A stretch of DNA of 64,000 nt, taken from assembly GCA_965219385.1 (NCBI GenBank), contig CBDCNM010000001.1, forward strand, positions 856,631 to 920,630, read 5' to 3'. The notes under the pieces are model-generated. The model ran no database searches. It was not told the DNA's origin and was given only the letters and a program-made list of their open reading frames with translations. Shown one piece after another: positions 48,595 to 59,329 of this stretch (position 1 is its first letter; each line of letters starts with the position of its first letter). A program made the translations under genes and the position numbers. Origin of the DNA: Candidatus Latescibacterota bacterium (lineage in GTDB: Bacteria > Latescibacterota > UBA2968 > UBA8231).

Positions 48595-51393
48595 TTATCT
48601 GCCGGGTTCAACCATCCACTCGGGTAGGGTGATGCGGTACAGGTAGAAGTCTTCGGTTTGCTGAAAGATCACCTCGTTTTCGGTCATTTCCGGGTTGAGA
48701 CTTTCGGGCTCGTCCTCTTCGGGTCTGAAGGCGAGCAGCCGAAGCCGGGGCAAGCGTCTATCCGTCCAGAACTTGGTCGGCTGTACTCGGATGGGGGCGG
48801 TACAGTCGATGGGGTAGACATCGATCTCCCACTTTCTTTCCCGAACCAATGCCGCTCCATCCAGGGAGATCGGCCCCATGTTCATCTGGGTGCCGCGGGT
48901 ATCGCAGTAGTAGTATTCTGGACAGCGGGCAAAATCGATCCGCCCCGATCCTGTATCGGCCGAATAGACCAGCAGACCGTCCGGAGCATGGGCCCAAAAG
49001 GAGGCCGGAGGGAGGGTGATGGTCTCGCCGGCATGTTCGAAGGTCCAATTGTTTTCCCAGCCTCCATTCACACAGACCTGCAGGCCGTTTTCGTACACGA
49101 TCCGCACCTGGCTATGGTCATGGGCGCCAGAGATCAGGGCTTCCGTAGTATCCAGCAGGTTGCCGTTGTAATGGTAGTTAATGGAGGCCACTGGGCTTCC
49201 CAGATAATAGGTCTGCAGCTTTTGCAGCAGGTAGTAGGTTTTGACAACCGCCGGCAGCCCCCATTCCGCGAAATCCGGCAGGCAACCGGCATGCCCATAG
49301 GCCACCGTAGTGGCCAGGTAGCGGTCCAGGTACCTGCTGTTGCCGCGCTTTTCTTCAGCGGGGATTTCACCTCCGAAAAATTGCTCGGGCGAGCCCAGGC
49401 CCGCGTCGGTTTCGAGGGGATGTAGATTGCGCAGGGCAAAATCGACCAGCAGTGGCTTTTGCGCTGGATCCGGGCCTGTCTGCCGCGCCAGATAACCGCG
49501 CAGAAGTCCAGGGTAAAGCCAGTGGCTCCCCCCTTCGCCAACCACCAGATTCTGTTGGGCCTGGGCCTTGAGCATTGCTTGTTCGGCATAAAAGGTTGAG
49601 GCGAAACTAGCCGGTTTTTCCAGGCGGACATCGCAATCCAGGCGGTCCCAGGGAGGGGTGGAAGCATGGTCGCCAAGGAAGATGACAGGTGCTTGGTATT
49701 TTTCCACGATAGAAGCGGTATGGGCAGCGGCTACGGCCATGGCCCGGGTGGGTTTGAAAAGGTAACAACCCGATTTAGTCGGGGCCAGATTCCCATCGGG
49801 CAGCAAGGCCACCTGGGCCGGGTTCCATTGTTCGTTGATCGGCGAAATATCTTTGTAATTGGTGTAGAGGCTGTATTTATAGCCCAGATCCGGCAGGGCA
49901 TCGAGGTATTCGCTCAAAGCGTCATCGCCGCCTTTGCCGGCCGCCGCCCTGAGGGTCAGGGTGGCGTTGCCATCCCCGTCGTGCCAGGTTTCGGGCGGAT
50001 GAAGGACCAGCAGGTGGTCCATGCCCCACTGTTTGAGTTTGAGAAGGTGCTCGTACACCTCCACATAGGTTTCTTCGGCAGGTTCGAGGCTGGCAATAGG
50101 ATACCAGATCAATTCGCGCAGGTCGGCCGGATCGTGGATCTGCTGGGGCACGGGAATGGCCGGCAATACCTCGTCGAAACGGCGTGAAACCGTTAGTACC
50201 CAGCGCTCGTGCAGGGCATTGCGTTTTCCGTCCGATCCAGGTGCATAGCTACAGCCTCCGTTGAGTATGAGAGCCGGCGAACCGTCCTCGGCCGTGGGGG
50301 CAAAAAGGGTAGAGGCCCTGGATTTGTACCAGTCGAGCAAGCTAGAAACAAAAACCCCCGAGGTGCAGAGGATATGCGGGTCGTTTGGCCCCAGATTGAA
50401 GTAGGGTATGCAGATCAGCCGCGGGTGTATCGCTTCCTCGACATGCCCCAGAGAGACTCCAGTCGCCTTGTGGTTGCCGCCTTCCAGTTCGACCACCAGG
50501 GACTTGCCCTCGATGCGGAACCGGTAGAGAAAATCGGCCAGTTCTTCCCCGTGTTTCCACTGCCAGCGGGCTTCGACGCAGTCGCCGACCTGCTCACAGG
50601 AGACAAAATGGCGTTCGATGGTCTCATCGTTTGAAGCCCATTCCCGGCCTCCCATTTCGATGGTGATTCCACCGTCTTGGGCGGGTTTGATGGGGTCGGA
50701 GCTGTTGATTTCGAGCTCTATGTCCGAAAAGGTCCCCTCGATAGGGGTGTAGATGAAATGCACCACGGCCGATAGCGAGCGAGCTTCAAATAGAAAGGAT
50801 ATACCATCCTGTTCTATGGAATTGTCGATCTCTTCCTCCGTGGTAGGTTGCATCGAGGGTGGGGCGGAATAGACCTTGGAGAGATCGACAGGTATTTCGT
50901 CCAATTGGGCAGAGGGAGCAGGGCAAAAGCTGAGACCATCGAGCACGAACTCGACCTCTTCACGGGCGAGGATGCCTCGTATGGCCAGGCCGGCAAATGC
51001 ATGGATTTCAAGATGGCCGATGAGCTTGTGCAGCAAATGCCAACCTTGAAAATCCAGGCGGCCCAGGCTGCATTCCTTATCCTGGTCAAAGAGCACGACG
51101 AGTTCCGGAAGGTGATCGCGCTCGAATGGAACCGGTAGGTGGACCCACACCTGAGCGGCATTCGAGCCCTCTGGAATGGGCAGCGGTTCAGGGGGGCGAC
51201 AAACCAGATCGCCTGCTCCTCCCAGCTTCAAAAGGGCGGATACCCGGCCTTCGACGAGAGAATGGTCCGATGCCTCGATGGCCCCCCAGGCTTCCCCGGG
51301 GGATTGAATCCGCCATTTTTCTACTTCACTCCAATCCATGCCCGGGGTGATGGTGTTGTCAGGGGCTGACTCTTCTCCTGAATGGTTGTCCAT
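48595..51393 (-). CDS. Large acidic hypothetical protein (possible glycoside-hydrolase-like fold)
   Basis: 932 aa uninterrupted ORF; LYTNYKD, VVGEGGSHWLYPGL; no motif recognised with confidence. Confidence 0.65.
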   Translation of the reverse strand: MDNHSGEESAPDNTITPGMDWSEVEKWRIQSPGEAWGAIEASDHSLVEGRVSALLKLGGAGDLVCRPPEPLPIPEGSNAAQVWVHLPVPFERDHLPELVVLFDQDKECSLGRLDFQGWHLLHKLIGHLEIHAFAGLAIRGILAREEVEFVLDGLSFCPAPSAQLDEIPVDLSKVYSAPPSMQPTTEEEIDNSIEQDGISFLFEARSLSAVVHFIYTPIEGTFSDIELEINSSDPIKPAQDGGITIEMGGREWASNDETIERHFVSCEQVGDCVEARWQWKHGEELADFLYRFRIEGKSLVVELEGGNHKATGVSLGHVEEAIHPRLICIPYFNLGPNDPHILCTSGVFVSSLLDWYKSRASTLFAPTAEDGSPALILNGGCSYAPGSDGKRNALHERWVLTVSRRFDEVLPAIPVPQQIHDPADLRELIWYPIASLEPAEETYVEVYEHLLKLKQWGMDHLLVLHPPETWHDGDGNATLTLRAAAGKGGDDALSEYLDALPDLGYKYSLYTNYKDISPINEQWNPAQVALLPDGNLAPTKSGCYLFKPTRAMAVAAAHTASIVEKYQAPVIFLGDHASTPPWDRLDCDVRLEKPASFASTFYAEQAMLKAQAQQNLVVGEGGSHWLYPGLLRGYLARQTGPDPAQKPLLVDFALRNLHPLETDAGLGSPEQFFGGEIPAEEKRGNSRYLDRYLATTVAYGHAGCLPDFAEWGLPAVVKTYYLLQKLQTYYLGSPVASINYHYNGNLLDTTEALISGAHDHSQVRIVYENGLQVCVNGGWENNWTFEHAGETITLPPASFWAHAPDGLLVYSADTGSGRIDFARCPEYYYCDTRGTQMNMGPISLDGAALVRERKWEIDVYPIDCTAPIRVQPTKFWTDRRLPRLRLLAFRPEEDEPESLNPEMTENEVIFQQTEDFYLYRITLPEWMVEPGR

Positions 51394-51589
51394 AAACTGT
51401 TTAAAACTCCGATTTAAACCTCATAAAAATAGGGACTCTCAGGGGGCGTAAGAGTAAAAATTCAAGATAGGAAATCAAGGCTGGAGTGTCAAGTTGTAGG
51501 AAGGGGCCTTGACAGTGGGTTGTGAAGGGTGTACCCTTGTATTTTTCATAGTGATTTAGCGCGTTTAACATCCTTGCGGTCCAAGGAAA

Positions 51590-51889
51590 CTGCGCCTGCC
51601 CCTGCGCCAACCGGTTGCGCATCTATCCAAGGCCGGGCGCTGGCCTCTTGCGCAAAGCCTCAATGCCTGGCCCATCCAGGTAATCAATCCTCGTTCCTTT
51701 GATTTTGCCGAGGTTACCATCGGGGGCATCCAGACCAGCGAGATAAACCCGGAAACACTCGAGTTCTACCTGGTTCCAGGGCTCTATTTTGCCGGTGAGA
51801 TGGTGGATGTACACGCCGGTTTGGGGGGATTCAACTTCCAATGGACTTGGTCGAGTGGACACCTGGCCGGACAGGAGCGGGGCGCCTAG
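51590..51889 (+). pseudogene. 3' remnant of HI0933/BaiN-family flavoprotein
   Basis: Manual translation AEVTIGGI...PGLYFAGEMVDVHAGLGGFNFQWTWSSGHLAG*; no 5' part. Confidence 0.8.
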
Positions 51890-51974
51890 CACAAGACCTT
51901 CGTTGACACCATGCCCAAGGTCGGTTAGTATGTATTAAGAGTCCATACAAAACAGCTTCCAAGGTGGCTGGTGC

Positions 51975-52571
51975 ATGATCGTGGGAATTATTCTGGCAGC
52001 CGGAATGTCCACCCGCATGGGCGTCCTCAAACAGTTGCTGCCGCTGGGTGGGAAGGCGGCGGTCCAGGTCGTAGTCGAGCGGGTCGCCAGTCGCCTGGAC
52101 AAGGTGTTGGTCGTCCTGGGCCACAGGGCCGGAGAAGTGGCCTGTGTGCTGACGGAACAATCCGTGGAATGTGTAGTCAACCCGGAGTATCGCCTGGGTA
52201 TGGCCTCTTCGGTCAAATGCGGCATCCAGGCGGCAGGCCAGGCCACGGCCTACCTGATATGTCTGGGAGACCAGCCCGGTATCGATCTGAAGGTTATCGA
52301 CGCGGTGGTGGCCGCTGCCGGCCGAACCGGAAGGGGGATTGTCATACCCACCTACCAGGGCCGCCGAGGACATCCTATTCTCATCGATCATTCATATGCG
52401 GAAGAAATTCTGGTCCTGCCCCAGGATCGGGGCCTCAATCAGGTGACCAGGGGGCATCCCGGGGACACTCTCGAGATCCCATTGGCGCACAAAGAGGTCC
52501 TGGAGGATATGGATACACCCGAGGATTACCAGCGCGAGTTGGCCAGATTTCAGTCAAACTTGAGGGCCTAG
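51975..52571 (+). CDS. mocA: Molybdenum cofactor cytidylyltransferase-like
   Basis: ILAAGMSTRMG..KQLL, GMASSV, LGDQP, GHP, DMDTPEDY. Confidence 0.85.
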   Translation: MIVGIILAAGMSTRMGVLKQLLPLGGKAAVQVVVERVASRLDKVLVVLGHRAGEVACVLTEQSVECVVNPEYRLGMASSVKCGIQAAGQATAYLICLGDQPGIDLKVIDAVVAAAGRTGRGIVIPTYQGRRGHPILIDHSYAEEILVLPQDRGLNQVTRGHPGDTLEIPLAHKEVLEDMDTPEDYQRELARFQSNLRA

Positions 52572-52574
52572 TTT

Positions 52575-53696
52575 ATGGAAGATCTCATCGAAAAAATAGC
52601 CGGTCTGGAGCATGAGAAAACCGCGTTGGCTTCGCTGATCTGGAGCAGTGGTTCCATCCCCATGAGCGATCGGGCCAAAATGCTGATCCAGGAAGACGGC
52701 ACGGTGCTGGGAACCATTGGTGGGGGGTGTCTGGAGGCGGAAATCCTCAACGCGGGGCGCGAGGTAATTCAAACCGGCGTACCCCATCTCACCCGCTATA
52801 CCATGACGGAAAAGCAGGCCGGAGAAAGTGGCCTCAACTGCGGCGGAAGCGTCAGGATTTTCACCGAACCCCTCGGAGCCCCAACCGGCACCGCCTCCTA
52901 TGTCCGCATCCAGCAGGCCAGGGCGGCGCGCAAAGGCTGTGTCCTGGCTACCTTGCTGGATGTGTCCAGGCCCCTACAGTCCGGGTGCGGCAAGATGCTG
53001 GTGTACGAAGATGGCACGTGGAGGGGGAGCCTGGGCCTGGAAGAGGCCGATCTGCAGGTGCGGCAGAACCTCGAAAAGGTTCTGGCCAAGGAGGGGGGCG
53101 CCATCCTGGAACTGGACCTTGAGCCCGTTTCAGCTTCCGTCCTTGGGTTTGCCCCGGACCAGGCGGTCGAGGTATTTGTCGAACCCTTCATGCCCTCGCC
53201 TGTCCTGTATGTATTCGGTGGTGGACATGTTGGAGCCCAAATCTGCAAGCTGGCTAAAAACGTCGGGTTTCAGGTGGTCGTAATAGACGACCGGCCCATG
53301 TTTGCCAATTCCTCCCGACATCCCGAGGCCGATGGGTGCGTGGTGGAAGAGATGGACCGGGTCTTCGAGAAGCTGGACCTGGATGAACAATCCTATATCG
53401 TTGCGGCCACCCGCGGCCACCAGCACGACGAGATCGTGGTCGAACAGGCCATTGGCACCCCCGCACGATACATCGGCATGCTGGGCAGTGAGCGCAAAAA
53501 GATGCTGATGTGGAAGCGTCTGGAAGCACGGGGAGGATCCCGGCAACGGCTGGATCAGGTCCATGCCCCCATCGGCTTCAATATAGGTGCTGATACGCCC
53601 GAAGAAATCGCCGTCAGCGTCGTGGCCGAACTGATCAAAGTGAGGCGGGGGGTGCGCAAATCCTGGAAAACCAAGACCGCGGAGGCTGTTGTTTGA
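52575..53696 (+). CDS. xdhC: XdhC/CoxI molybdoenzyme maturation factor
   Basis: GTIGGGCLE, CGG, FGGGHV, DDRP, TRGHQHD, YIGMLGS, TPEEIAVS. Confidence 0.9.
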   Translation: MEDLIEKIAGLEHEKTALASLIWSSGSIPMSDRAKMLIQEDGTVLGTIGGGCLEAEILNAGREVIQTGVPHLTRYTMTEKQAGESGLNCGGSVRIFTEPLGAPTGTASYVRIQQARAARKGCVLATLLDVSRPLQSGCGKMLVYEDGTWRGSLGLEEADLQVRQNLEKVLAKEGGAILELDLEPVSASVLGFAPDQAVEVFVEPFMPSPVLYVFGGGHVGAQICKLAKNVGFQVVVIDDRPMFANSSRHPEADGCVVEEMDRVFEKLDLDEQSYIVAATRGHQHDEIVVEQAIGTPARYIGMLGSERKKMLMWKRLEARGGSRQRLDQVHAPIGFNIGADTPEEIAVSVVAELIKVRRGVRKSWKTKTAEAVV

Positions 53697-54715
53697 GCGA
53701 GGACGGCCTCATTCGTTATGGGGCAGCTGCCTGTCAGCTCGACCTACCGAACCCCGAGCGGCGGGAGCAAATCGCCCGCAATACCGCCCGCATGCTCGAG
53801 ATGGTCGATATGGCCGTTGCGGGCTATGGGCCCTTCATGGACATAAAGCTGCTGGTTTTTCCAGAGTTTGGCCACGCCGCTCCGATCTATCCTACCGCCC
53901 GGGGCCTCTCCGCCAAACTAACGGTTCCAATTCCCAACGAGCACACCGAAAGCTACGCGGAAAAGGCCAGGGAGCTGGGGGTCTTCATCCAGACCGCGAG
54001 TTTTCTGGAGGAAGACCCCCAGTGGCCGGGCAAGGTCTTCAACACCACCTGCCTGATCGGCCCCGAAGGTTTGCTCTACAAGTACCGCAAGGTCAACCCG
54101 TGGATCCCCTGGGAGGTCCACGCCAGCCCCCACGATCTGCAAGGCTACGGGGAGGAATTATTCCCCGTGGCCAGGACCTGTATCGGAAATATAGGGGTGG
54201 CCATTTGTTACGACTGGGTTTTCCCAGAGCCCCTGCGCCAGCTCACTGCCAATGGGGCCGAAATCCTGATCAGGGTATCGGCTTATATGGACCCCTGGGG
54301 GGCCACTCCGCCGATGGATTGGTGGACGGTGGTGAACCGCTGCCGGGCCCTGGAAAATACCGCGTACGTGGTAGCGGCCAATCAGGGCGCCTCTCTCAAG
54401 CACTATGCGCCCTTTTCCTGGCCGGGTGGCAGCATGATCGTCGACTACGACGGCCGTTTGCTGGCTCAGGCCGATCCGGGACCGGGTGAAAAAATCGTGG
54501 TTTCTCCCATCGATATTTCGAGTCTGCGCCACGAGCGGCAGCGGCGCACCGGCCATTTGCCCCTGGCCCATTTGCGCACCGAGGCCTATCCCATGTACCA
54601 GAAGCGTTTTTATCCTCCGGGTAGGTTGAATCAAGCCCAAAATCACACCGTGGAAATGAACCAGGAAACCATTGCGTCCATAAAAAAGAGGCTTGCGGAC
54701 GGGAATCAGGATTAA
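53693..54715 (+). CDS. Nitrilase-superfamily carbon-nitrogen hydrolase
   Basis: FPE, YRK, ICYD catalytic triad; TTG start. Confidence 0.9.
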   Translation: MSEDGLIRYGAAACQLDLPNPERREQIARNTARMLEMVDMAVAGYGPFMDIKLLVFPEFGHAAPIYPTARGLSAKLTVPIPNEHTESYAEKARELGVFIQTASFLEEDPQWPGKVFNTTCLIGPEGLLYKYRKVNPWIPWEVHASPHDLQGYGEELFPVARTCIGNIGVAICYDWVFPEPLRQLTANGAEILIRVSAYMDPWGATPPMDWWTVVNRCRALENTAYVVAANQGASLKHYAPFSWPGGSMIVDYDGRLLAQADPGPGEKIVVSPIDISSLRHERQRRTGHLPLAHLRTEAYPMYQKRFYPPGRLNQAQNHTVEMNQETIASIKKRLADGNQD

Positions 54716-54768
54716 ACGTTTTTTGCTTCAGCTGGGTCTAATTAGAGCCAATTTAAGGGACTGTCACC

Positions 54769-56272
54769 GTGAAATCAGCCCAGGTTGTATCGAGCACGCC
54801 TCATCCTGGAGAACAGTTGCATCAGACCGACGAGGAATTGGTGCGCCGCTTCAAAGACGGCGAGGAGCAGGCCTTTAACGAGATCGTGCACCGCTTTCAA
54901 GAACGCATCTTTAGAGGCCCTAACAAAACTCTTTGAGGTACTTCCAACAGATGAGAATACATCCGATGTCGAGAAAGGCTTCATGGAGATCACCTCGTCG
55001 CTCCCAGCGGACTCGAAGCCGACGGAATTGGTGCAACCATGCCAACGTTCGTTCCACCACCCACCGATAGACGCCCAAGCCGCTGCCGTGGGCTTGCCCT
55101 CGCCGAGCCAACACCGAGCCGATGCCCCGCTTACGCAAGGCGCGCCGATGGGCTTGCGAATCATAGGCCCGATCCCCTTGCACCCGATCCGGCCGACGGC
55201 GCGGGCGGCCGACCCGACCGGCCACCGGGGGTATGCGATCCACCAACGGCAACAGCTGCGTCACATCATGCCGATGGGCCCCCGTCACCCCCGCCGCCAA
55301 CGGCACCCCTTGGGCATCGGTGATTACATGGTGTTTGCTACCGGGTTTGCCGCGGTCCGTCGGATTGGGACCGGTGTGCGCCCCCCCCCAACCGCCCGCA
55401 CCGAGGCACTATCGACCACCGCACGAGACCAATCAATCCGGTCGGCGGCCCTCAGTCGGTTCAACAGGATATGATGGACTCTTTTCCAGACCCCGGCTTG
55501 TTGCCAAGCGTGCAGGCGACGCCAACAGGTCATCCCCGAACCGCACCCCATCTCTTGAGGCAAATACTCCCAAGGGATACCCGTCTTGAGCACAAAGAGA
55601 ATGCCGGTCAGCACCCTACGGTTATCCAGCCGAGGCCGCCCCCCTTGGGGGCCAACGGTTACGGGGGGCAAAACCGGTTCAATCAAGGCCCATAACCCAT
55701 CGTCGAGTAACGGCTTGGCCATCAAAAACACCTCCATATCAAGACGGTAGAAGCAATACCGAAGAGGATAAGAATATAATGAAGCCTATACGCGATTCCA
55801 AGGTTTTGTTAGAGACTCTTAATCTGGTCTTCCGGCTCCTGCAGGACTTTGATGAGGCCCACGATATCGCCCAGGAAACCTTCATTCGCGCGCACGACAA
55901 ACTAAAGGGGTTCAGAGGGGAATCAACCCCCTATACCTGGCTTTATAGAATCGCTTTAAATTTAAGCCTTAACCATATGCGCAAGAAAAAGTTGCGCGCC
56001 TTTTTTTCTCTGGATTCAATGGCGACTCAAGACCTGGCCGCGGCCGGTGGTCCGGAGCGGGATCTGGACGCGGCGCGGAACTGCGCACACAGGTGGACGC
56101 CGCCGTGGGGCGGCTACCTGGGCGCCAGCGCAGTATCTTCATCCTGCGGCAATACGACCGGTTATCCCACAGGGAAATCGCCGAGGTGCTGGGTTGTTCC
56201 GAGGGCAGTGTAAGAGCAGGTTATTTCCACGCCGTAAAAAAGTTGCAAGCAGCCCTCAAAGATTGGCTATGA
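54769..56272 (+). pseudogene. ECF sigma factor disrupted by IS5 and a frameshift
   Basis: DEELVRRFKDGEEQAFNEIV..RIF|NLVFRLL..DIAQETF..TWLYRIALN; region 4 (LPGRQR..EIAEVLG..SVRAGYFHA) is in another frame after about 56075. Confidence 0.9.
54914..55818 (-). mobile_element. IS5-family element, copy 2 of 13908-14812
   Basis: 905 bp; same TIRs and identical ORF translations; TTA duplication at 54911-54913 and 55819-55821. Confidence 0.95.
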
Positions 56273-56789
56273 TGGGGAAAAACAGAGAAATTTGTCGAGA
56301 AGAAAAGCTGGTGGAATACCTGGACGGGACCCTCGAGTCCGGGGAAGAAAAAAACTCGAGCGCCATCTGCGGGGTTGTGCTGTTTGCAGGGAACGACTGG
56401 AGTCCCTGTCCGCCACTTTGGACCTGGCCAACAGGGCTTCGATCCCAGAACAAAATCCGCTCTACGTCAGCAGTTTCGTCTACCAGGTGCGGCAGGGCAT
56501 AGAGGCGCAAAATTCAACCTCAAGCTGGTGGCCATGGCGGGCCGGCTTGGTGGGGGCCCTGGTCCTGGCAATAGGTATTGCCTGGTATTCCCTGACCCCT
56601 TTTCCGCTGTCGAACCCGGATGTAGGGGGGAAGGGGCCCGAACCTAGTGTCGCAATGGTGGAATCGGGCCAGGAGATGGCCGCCATCCTCGATGCGTACT
56701 GGCTGGATACGGCCACTACAGATGAATTACTCAGCGAAGTGGTTGCCATCGACAGGGATGAGCTGCTGGCTTTGCTGGAGGATTATTGA
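56269..56789 (+). pseudogene. Zinc-binding anti-sigma factor (zf-HC2), frameshifted
   Basis: LVEYLDGTL in one frame; LERHLRGCAVC and TM helix in another; shift at the A7 run 56348-56354. Confidence 0.8.
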
Positions 56790-57328
56790 TGCTTAAATTC
56801 TTTATTTTTTTGGTAATTATGGTTATTGGCCAAGGTCCTGTCCACGGACGGGAGGCCCCGGAACGACGAGTGCAGCCGGAACGCCTGGAATTGATCCGTT
56901 TGTGGTGGCTGGTGGAAGAGCTGCAGGTGGACGAAGAGCAGGCTACCCGTCTTTTTCCGGTCTGGAGCCAGCACCACAGGGACCGAAAGGCGTTACAGCA
57001 GCGGCGCCGGGAGGCCGGCCGCGAACTGGTGGCGTTGCTCAGGGAGGACGCAAAGGAAGAGACCCTCAAAAAGCAAATTGAAGTCCTCGTGGTTCTCGAC
57101 CAAGAAAAGGCTGACCTGGCCAGGAAGTTTCACCAAAGCATGACAGAACTGCTCACCGTGCGTCAGCAGGCCCGTTTTCTGCTGTTCGAGGAGAGGTTCC
57201 GCAAGGATCTGAAAGACCTGTTGGAGGAATTCAGGCAACCACCTGCCTGGAGCGGGTATTGCTTTCGACGACGCCGCGGAGGAGAGTCCGGCCGGGGGGA
57301 TCCCGACCGCGGGGATTCGCGGAGGTAG
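56786..57328 (+). CDS. Periplasmic Spy/CpxP-like helical protein
   Basis: Signal peptide, ELQVDEEQA, LTVRQQARF; typical third gene of an ECF cluster. Confidence 0.65.
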   Translation: MMLKFFIFLVIMVIGQGPVHGREAPERRVQPERLELIRLWWLVEELQVDEEQATRLFPVWSQHHRDRKALQQRRREAGRELVALLREDAKEETLKKQIEVLVVLDQEKADLARKFHQSMTELLTVRQQARFLLFEERFRKDLKDLLEEFRQPPAWSGYCFRRRRGGESGRGDPDRGDSRR

Positions 57329-57358
57329 GGGCAGGTTATCAACCTGCCCTATTTTTTT
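57329..57358 (+). terminator. Intrinsic terminator
   Basis: GGGCAGGTT-ATC-AACCTGCCC stem followed by T7. Confidence 0.75.
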
Positions 57359-58085
57359 GCCTGGTTGCAGATTGTTCAGTACCCTAAATCGCATGAAACG
57401 ATATCGGGAAAAGCACATGCGCCGCATTCTGAGCAAATACGATCTGAATCAGATGGAGGTAGATATTGCCTCGGGCTGGACCCTAAATATGGTTGGTGTA
57501 ACGGATCCTTATGATCTGTTGGACCAGATGATCGAACAAGACCGTCTGCACCGGGACGAACGCTTTCCATACTGGGCTGAGGTGTGGCCGGCCTCCCTGG
57601 GGTTGTCCCGCTGGTTTTGCCGGGGCGATTTTGAACCGCCTTCCCTCAGGGCCGTAGAGCTGGGGTGCGGACTCGGTCTTCTGGGAATCACTTTGGCGCG
57701 CCTGGGGTGGCGTATCAAGGCCACGGATTTTGTCGAGGACGCACTGGTTTTCACCAGTTTTAACGCCCGCAACAACCAGGTGGGGGGGAGGCATCAGGTC
57801 GGGTACCTGGATTGGAGGCATCCGGTGGGAAATCCCAGCGATTGCCTGGTTGCGGCAGACGTGGTTTACGAAAAGAAAAACCACCCCTACCTGGAGCGGG
57901 TATTGCGCCAGCTTTTATTGCCCGGAGGGCGGTTTTATCTCAGCGACCCACAGCGGTCCTCGGCGCGCCCCTTCTGTGAAGCGCTGGAAGAACAAGGGTA
58001 TGAACACCTGGTAGAATCTCACCCTACCTGCTGGAAAGCCCTCGAACACAAGATTGATATCCACACCTTTACCAAACCTGAATAG
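57357..58085 (+). CDS. Class I SAM methyltransferase (METTL21/Methyltransf_16-like)
   Basis: PYWAEVWPAS, VELGCGLG, AADVVYE; start uncertain. Confidence 0.85.
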   Translation: MPGCRLFSTLNRMKRYREKHMRRILSKYDLNQMEVDIASGWTLNMVGVTDPYDLLDQMIEQDRLHRDERFPYWAEVWPASLGLSRWFCRGDFEPPSLRAVELGCGLGLLGITLARLGWRIKATDFVEDALVFTSFNARNNQVGGRHQVGYLDWRHPVGNPSDCLVAADVVYEKKNHPYLERVLRQLLLPGGRFYLSDPQRSSARPFCEALEEQGYEHLVESHPTCWKALEHKIDIHTFTKPE

Positions 58086-59190
58086 GGCCCTAAGCCAGAG
58101 AAGCGGTGCGAAAAGTAAAGAAAGATTCCTTCCTGTGAATGAATCCTGGATCAGAGGCTCTCTAGGGGACAGGGTTGTACTGCGCTGGAACAAAGCGGAT
58201 TTTCAGGCGTCGGCTCCCATCGAAATCTTCAAAGAACTTGGTGCAGCTCGCAAGATATTGATCCTGCCCAACGACCGCGTAGGGGGCCTGTTCATCGGAG
58301 CCTCGCTTTACAGGGTTATTCGCCAAGCATATCCCGAAGCCAGGATCGCCCTTCTAAGCGATGGGAAAAAGGCCGCGCTCGCCAGCCAGATTCCCTTCAT
58401 CGACGAGGTAATTACCGGAGAACCGAACAAGCCCATCTGGAGTGCCTCTTTCAAGCGGTTGGCGGCGGAGTTGCGCCAAAAAAGGTTCGATCTGAGCCTT
58501 TGTCCGGGGCCGGACTGCAGTTTCCGCCTGGCCTATCTCAGCGGAGTTTGCGGCGCCTGTGTAAGAATCGGCTTTCAGCGCCCCGGTCTCACTCCCTACA
58601 ATCTCGAAGTGGTGTCCCAGAGGAGGGGAATCTACGAGGGGGAGCAGTACCTCAACATGTTGCGGCTCTTTGGCCTGGAGAGAAAAACAGAGGTGAAGTG
58701 GACTCTGGTCCAGGACGATGCGCAACAGATTCGGGCCCGCTATCTAGGCGAAGGGTTTTCCCAGGACGAGATCGTCGGTATCGATCTGGCTCCGGGAGAG
58801 GGCAAAGGGCTGAGTGAGCGGCAGTTTGAAGACATCGTCGTGCAAATCCTAGAAGGCGGAGCCCGGGCCGTGTTGTTTTTTTCGGTCGCGGAGAAGAAAC
58901 AGGTCGGTTATCTTAAAGAAACCTATGGCGAGCGGGTATTGCCCTTCGAGCAGAACGACTTGCTCGGGGTGGCTGCCCTGATGGAGGGGTGTGCCGCCTT
59001 GATCTCATGCAATACCGATCTGTTACACCTGGGCATTGCCCTTCAGGTCCCCGTCGTAGGGATTTTTGCCGAAGATCCACACCGCTGGATTGCGGATCAG
59101 GACAAGGGGGTCAGGGTAATTCAAGTCGAGGATTGGCGGAGTGTGGATCCCGAGCAGATCGTGGAGGCTCTCGGCAAGGTCCCGGGGTGA
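58054..59190 (+). CDS. Glycosyltransferase family 9 (heptosyltransferase-like), divergent
   Basis: DRVGG, YPEARI, PFIDEV, ISCNTDLLHLGIALQVPVVGIF; start uncertain. Confidence 0.75.
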   Translation: MISTPLPNLNRALSQRSGAKSKERFLPVNESWIRGSLGDRVVLRWNKADFQASAPIEIFKELGAARKILILPNDRVGGLFIGASLYRVIRQAYPEARIALLSDGKKAALASQIPFIDEVITGEPNKPIWSASFKRLAAELRQKRFDLSLCPGPDCSFRLAYLSGVCGACVRIGFQRPGLTPYNLEVVSQRRGIYEGEQYLNMLRLFGLERKTEVKWTLVQDDAQQIRARYLGEGFSQDEIVGIDLAPGEGKGLSERQFEDIVVQILEGGARAVLFFSVAEKKQVGYLKETYGERVLPFEQNDLLGVAALMEGCAALISCNTDLLHLGIALQVPVVGIFAEDPHRWIADQDKGVRVIQVEDWRSVDPEQIVEALGKVPG

Positions 59191-59329
59191 AGAAGGGCGC
59201 CAATGTTGACGAACGAGATACCGGGTCCATATCTTCTTCTGGTGCCGAGTCGCCCCAGAGCCAGGAAGAAGAACTCAAAGAGACGTCGACCCCACAACTA
59301 GGCAATTGGAGGGATTGGAGCGGATATAT

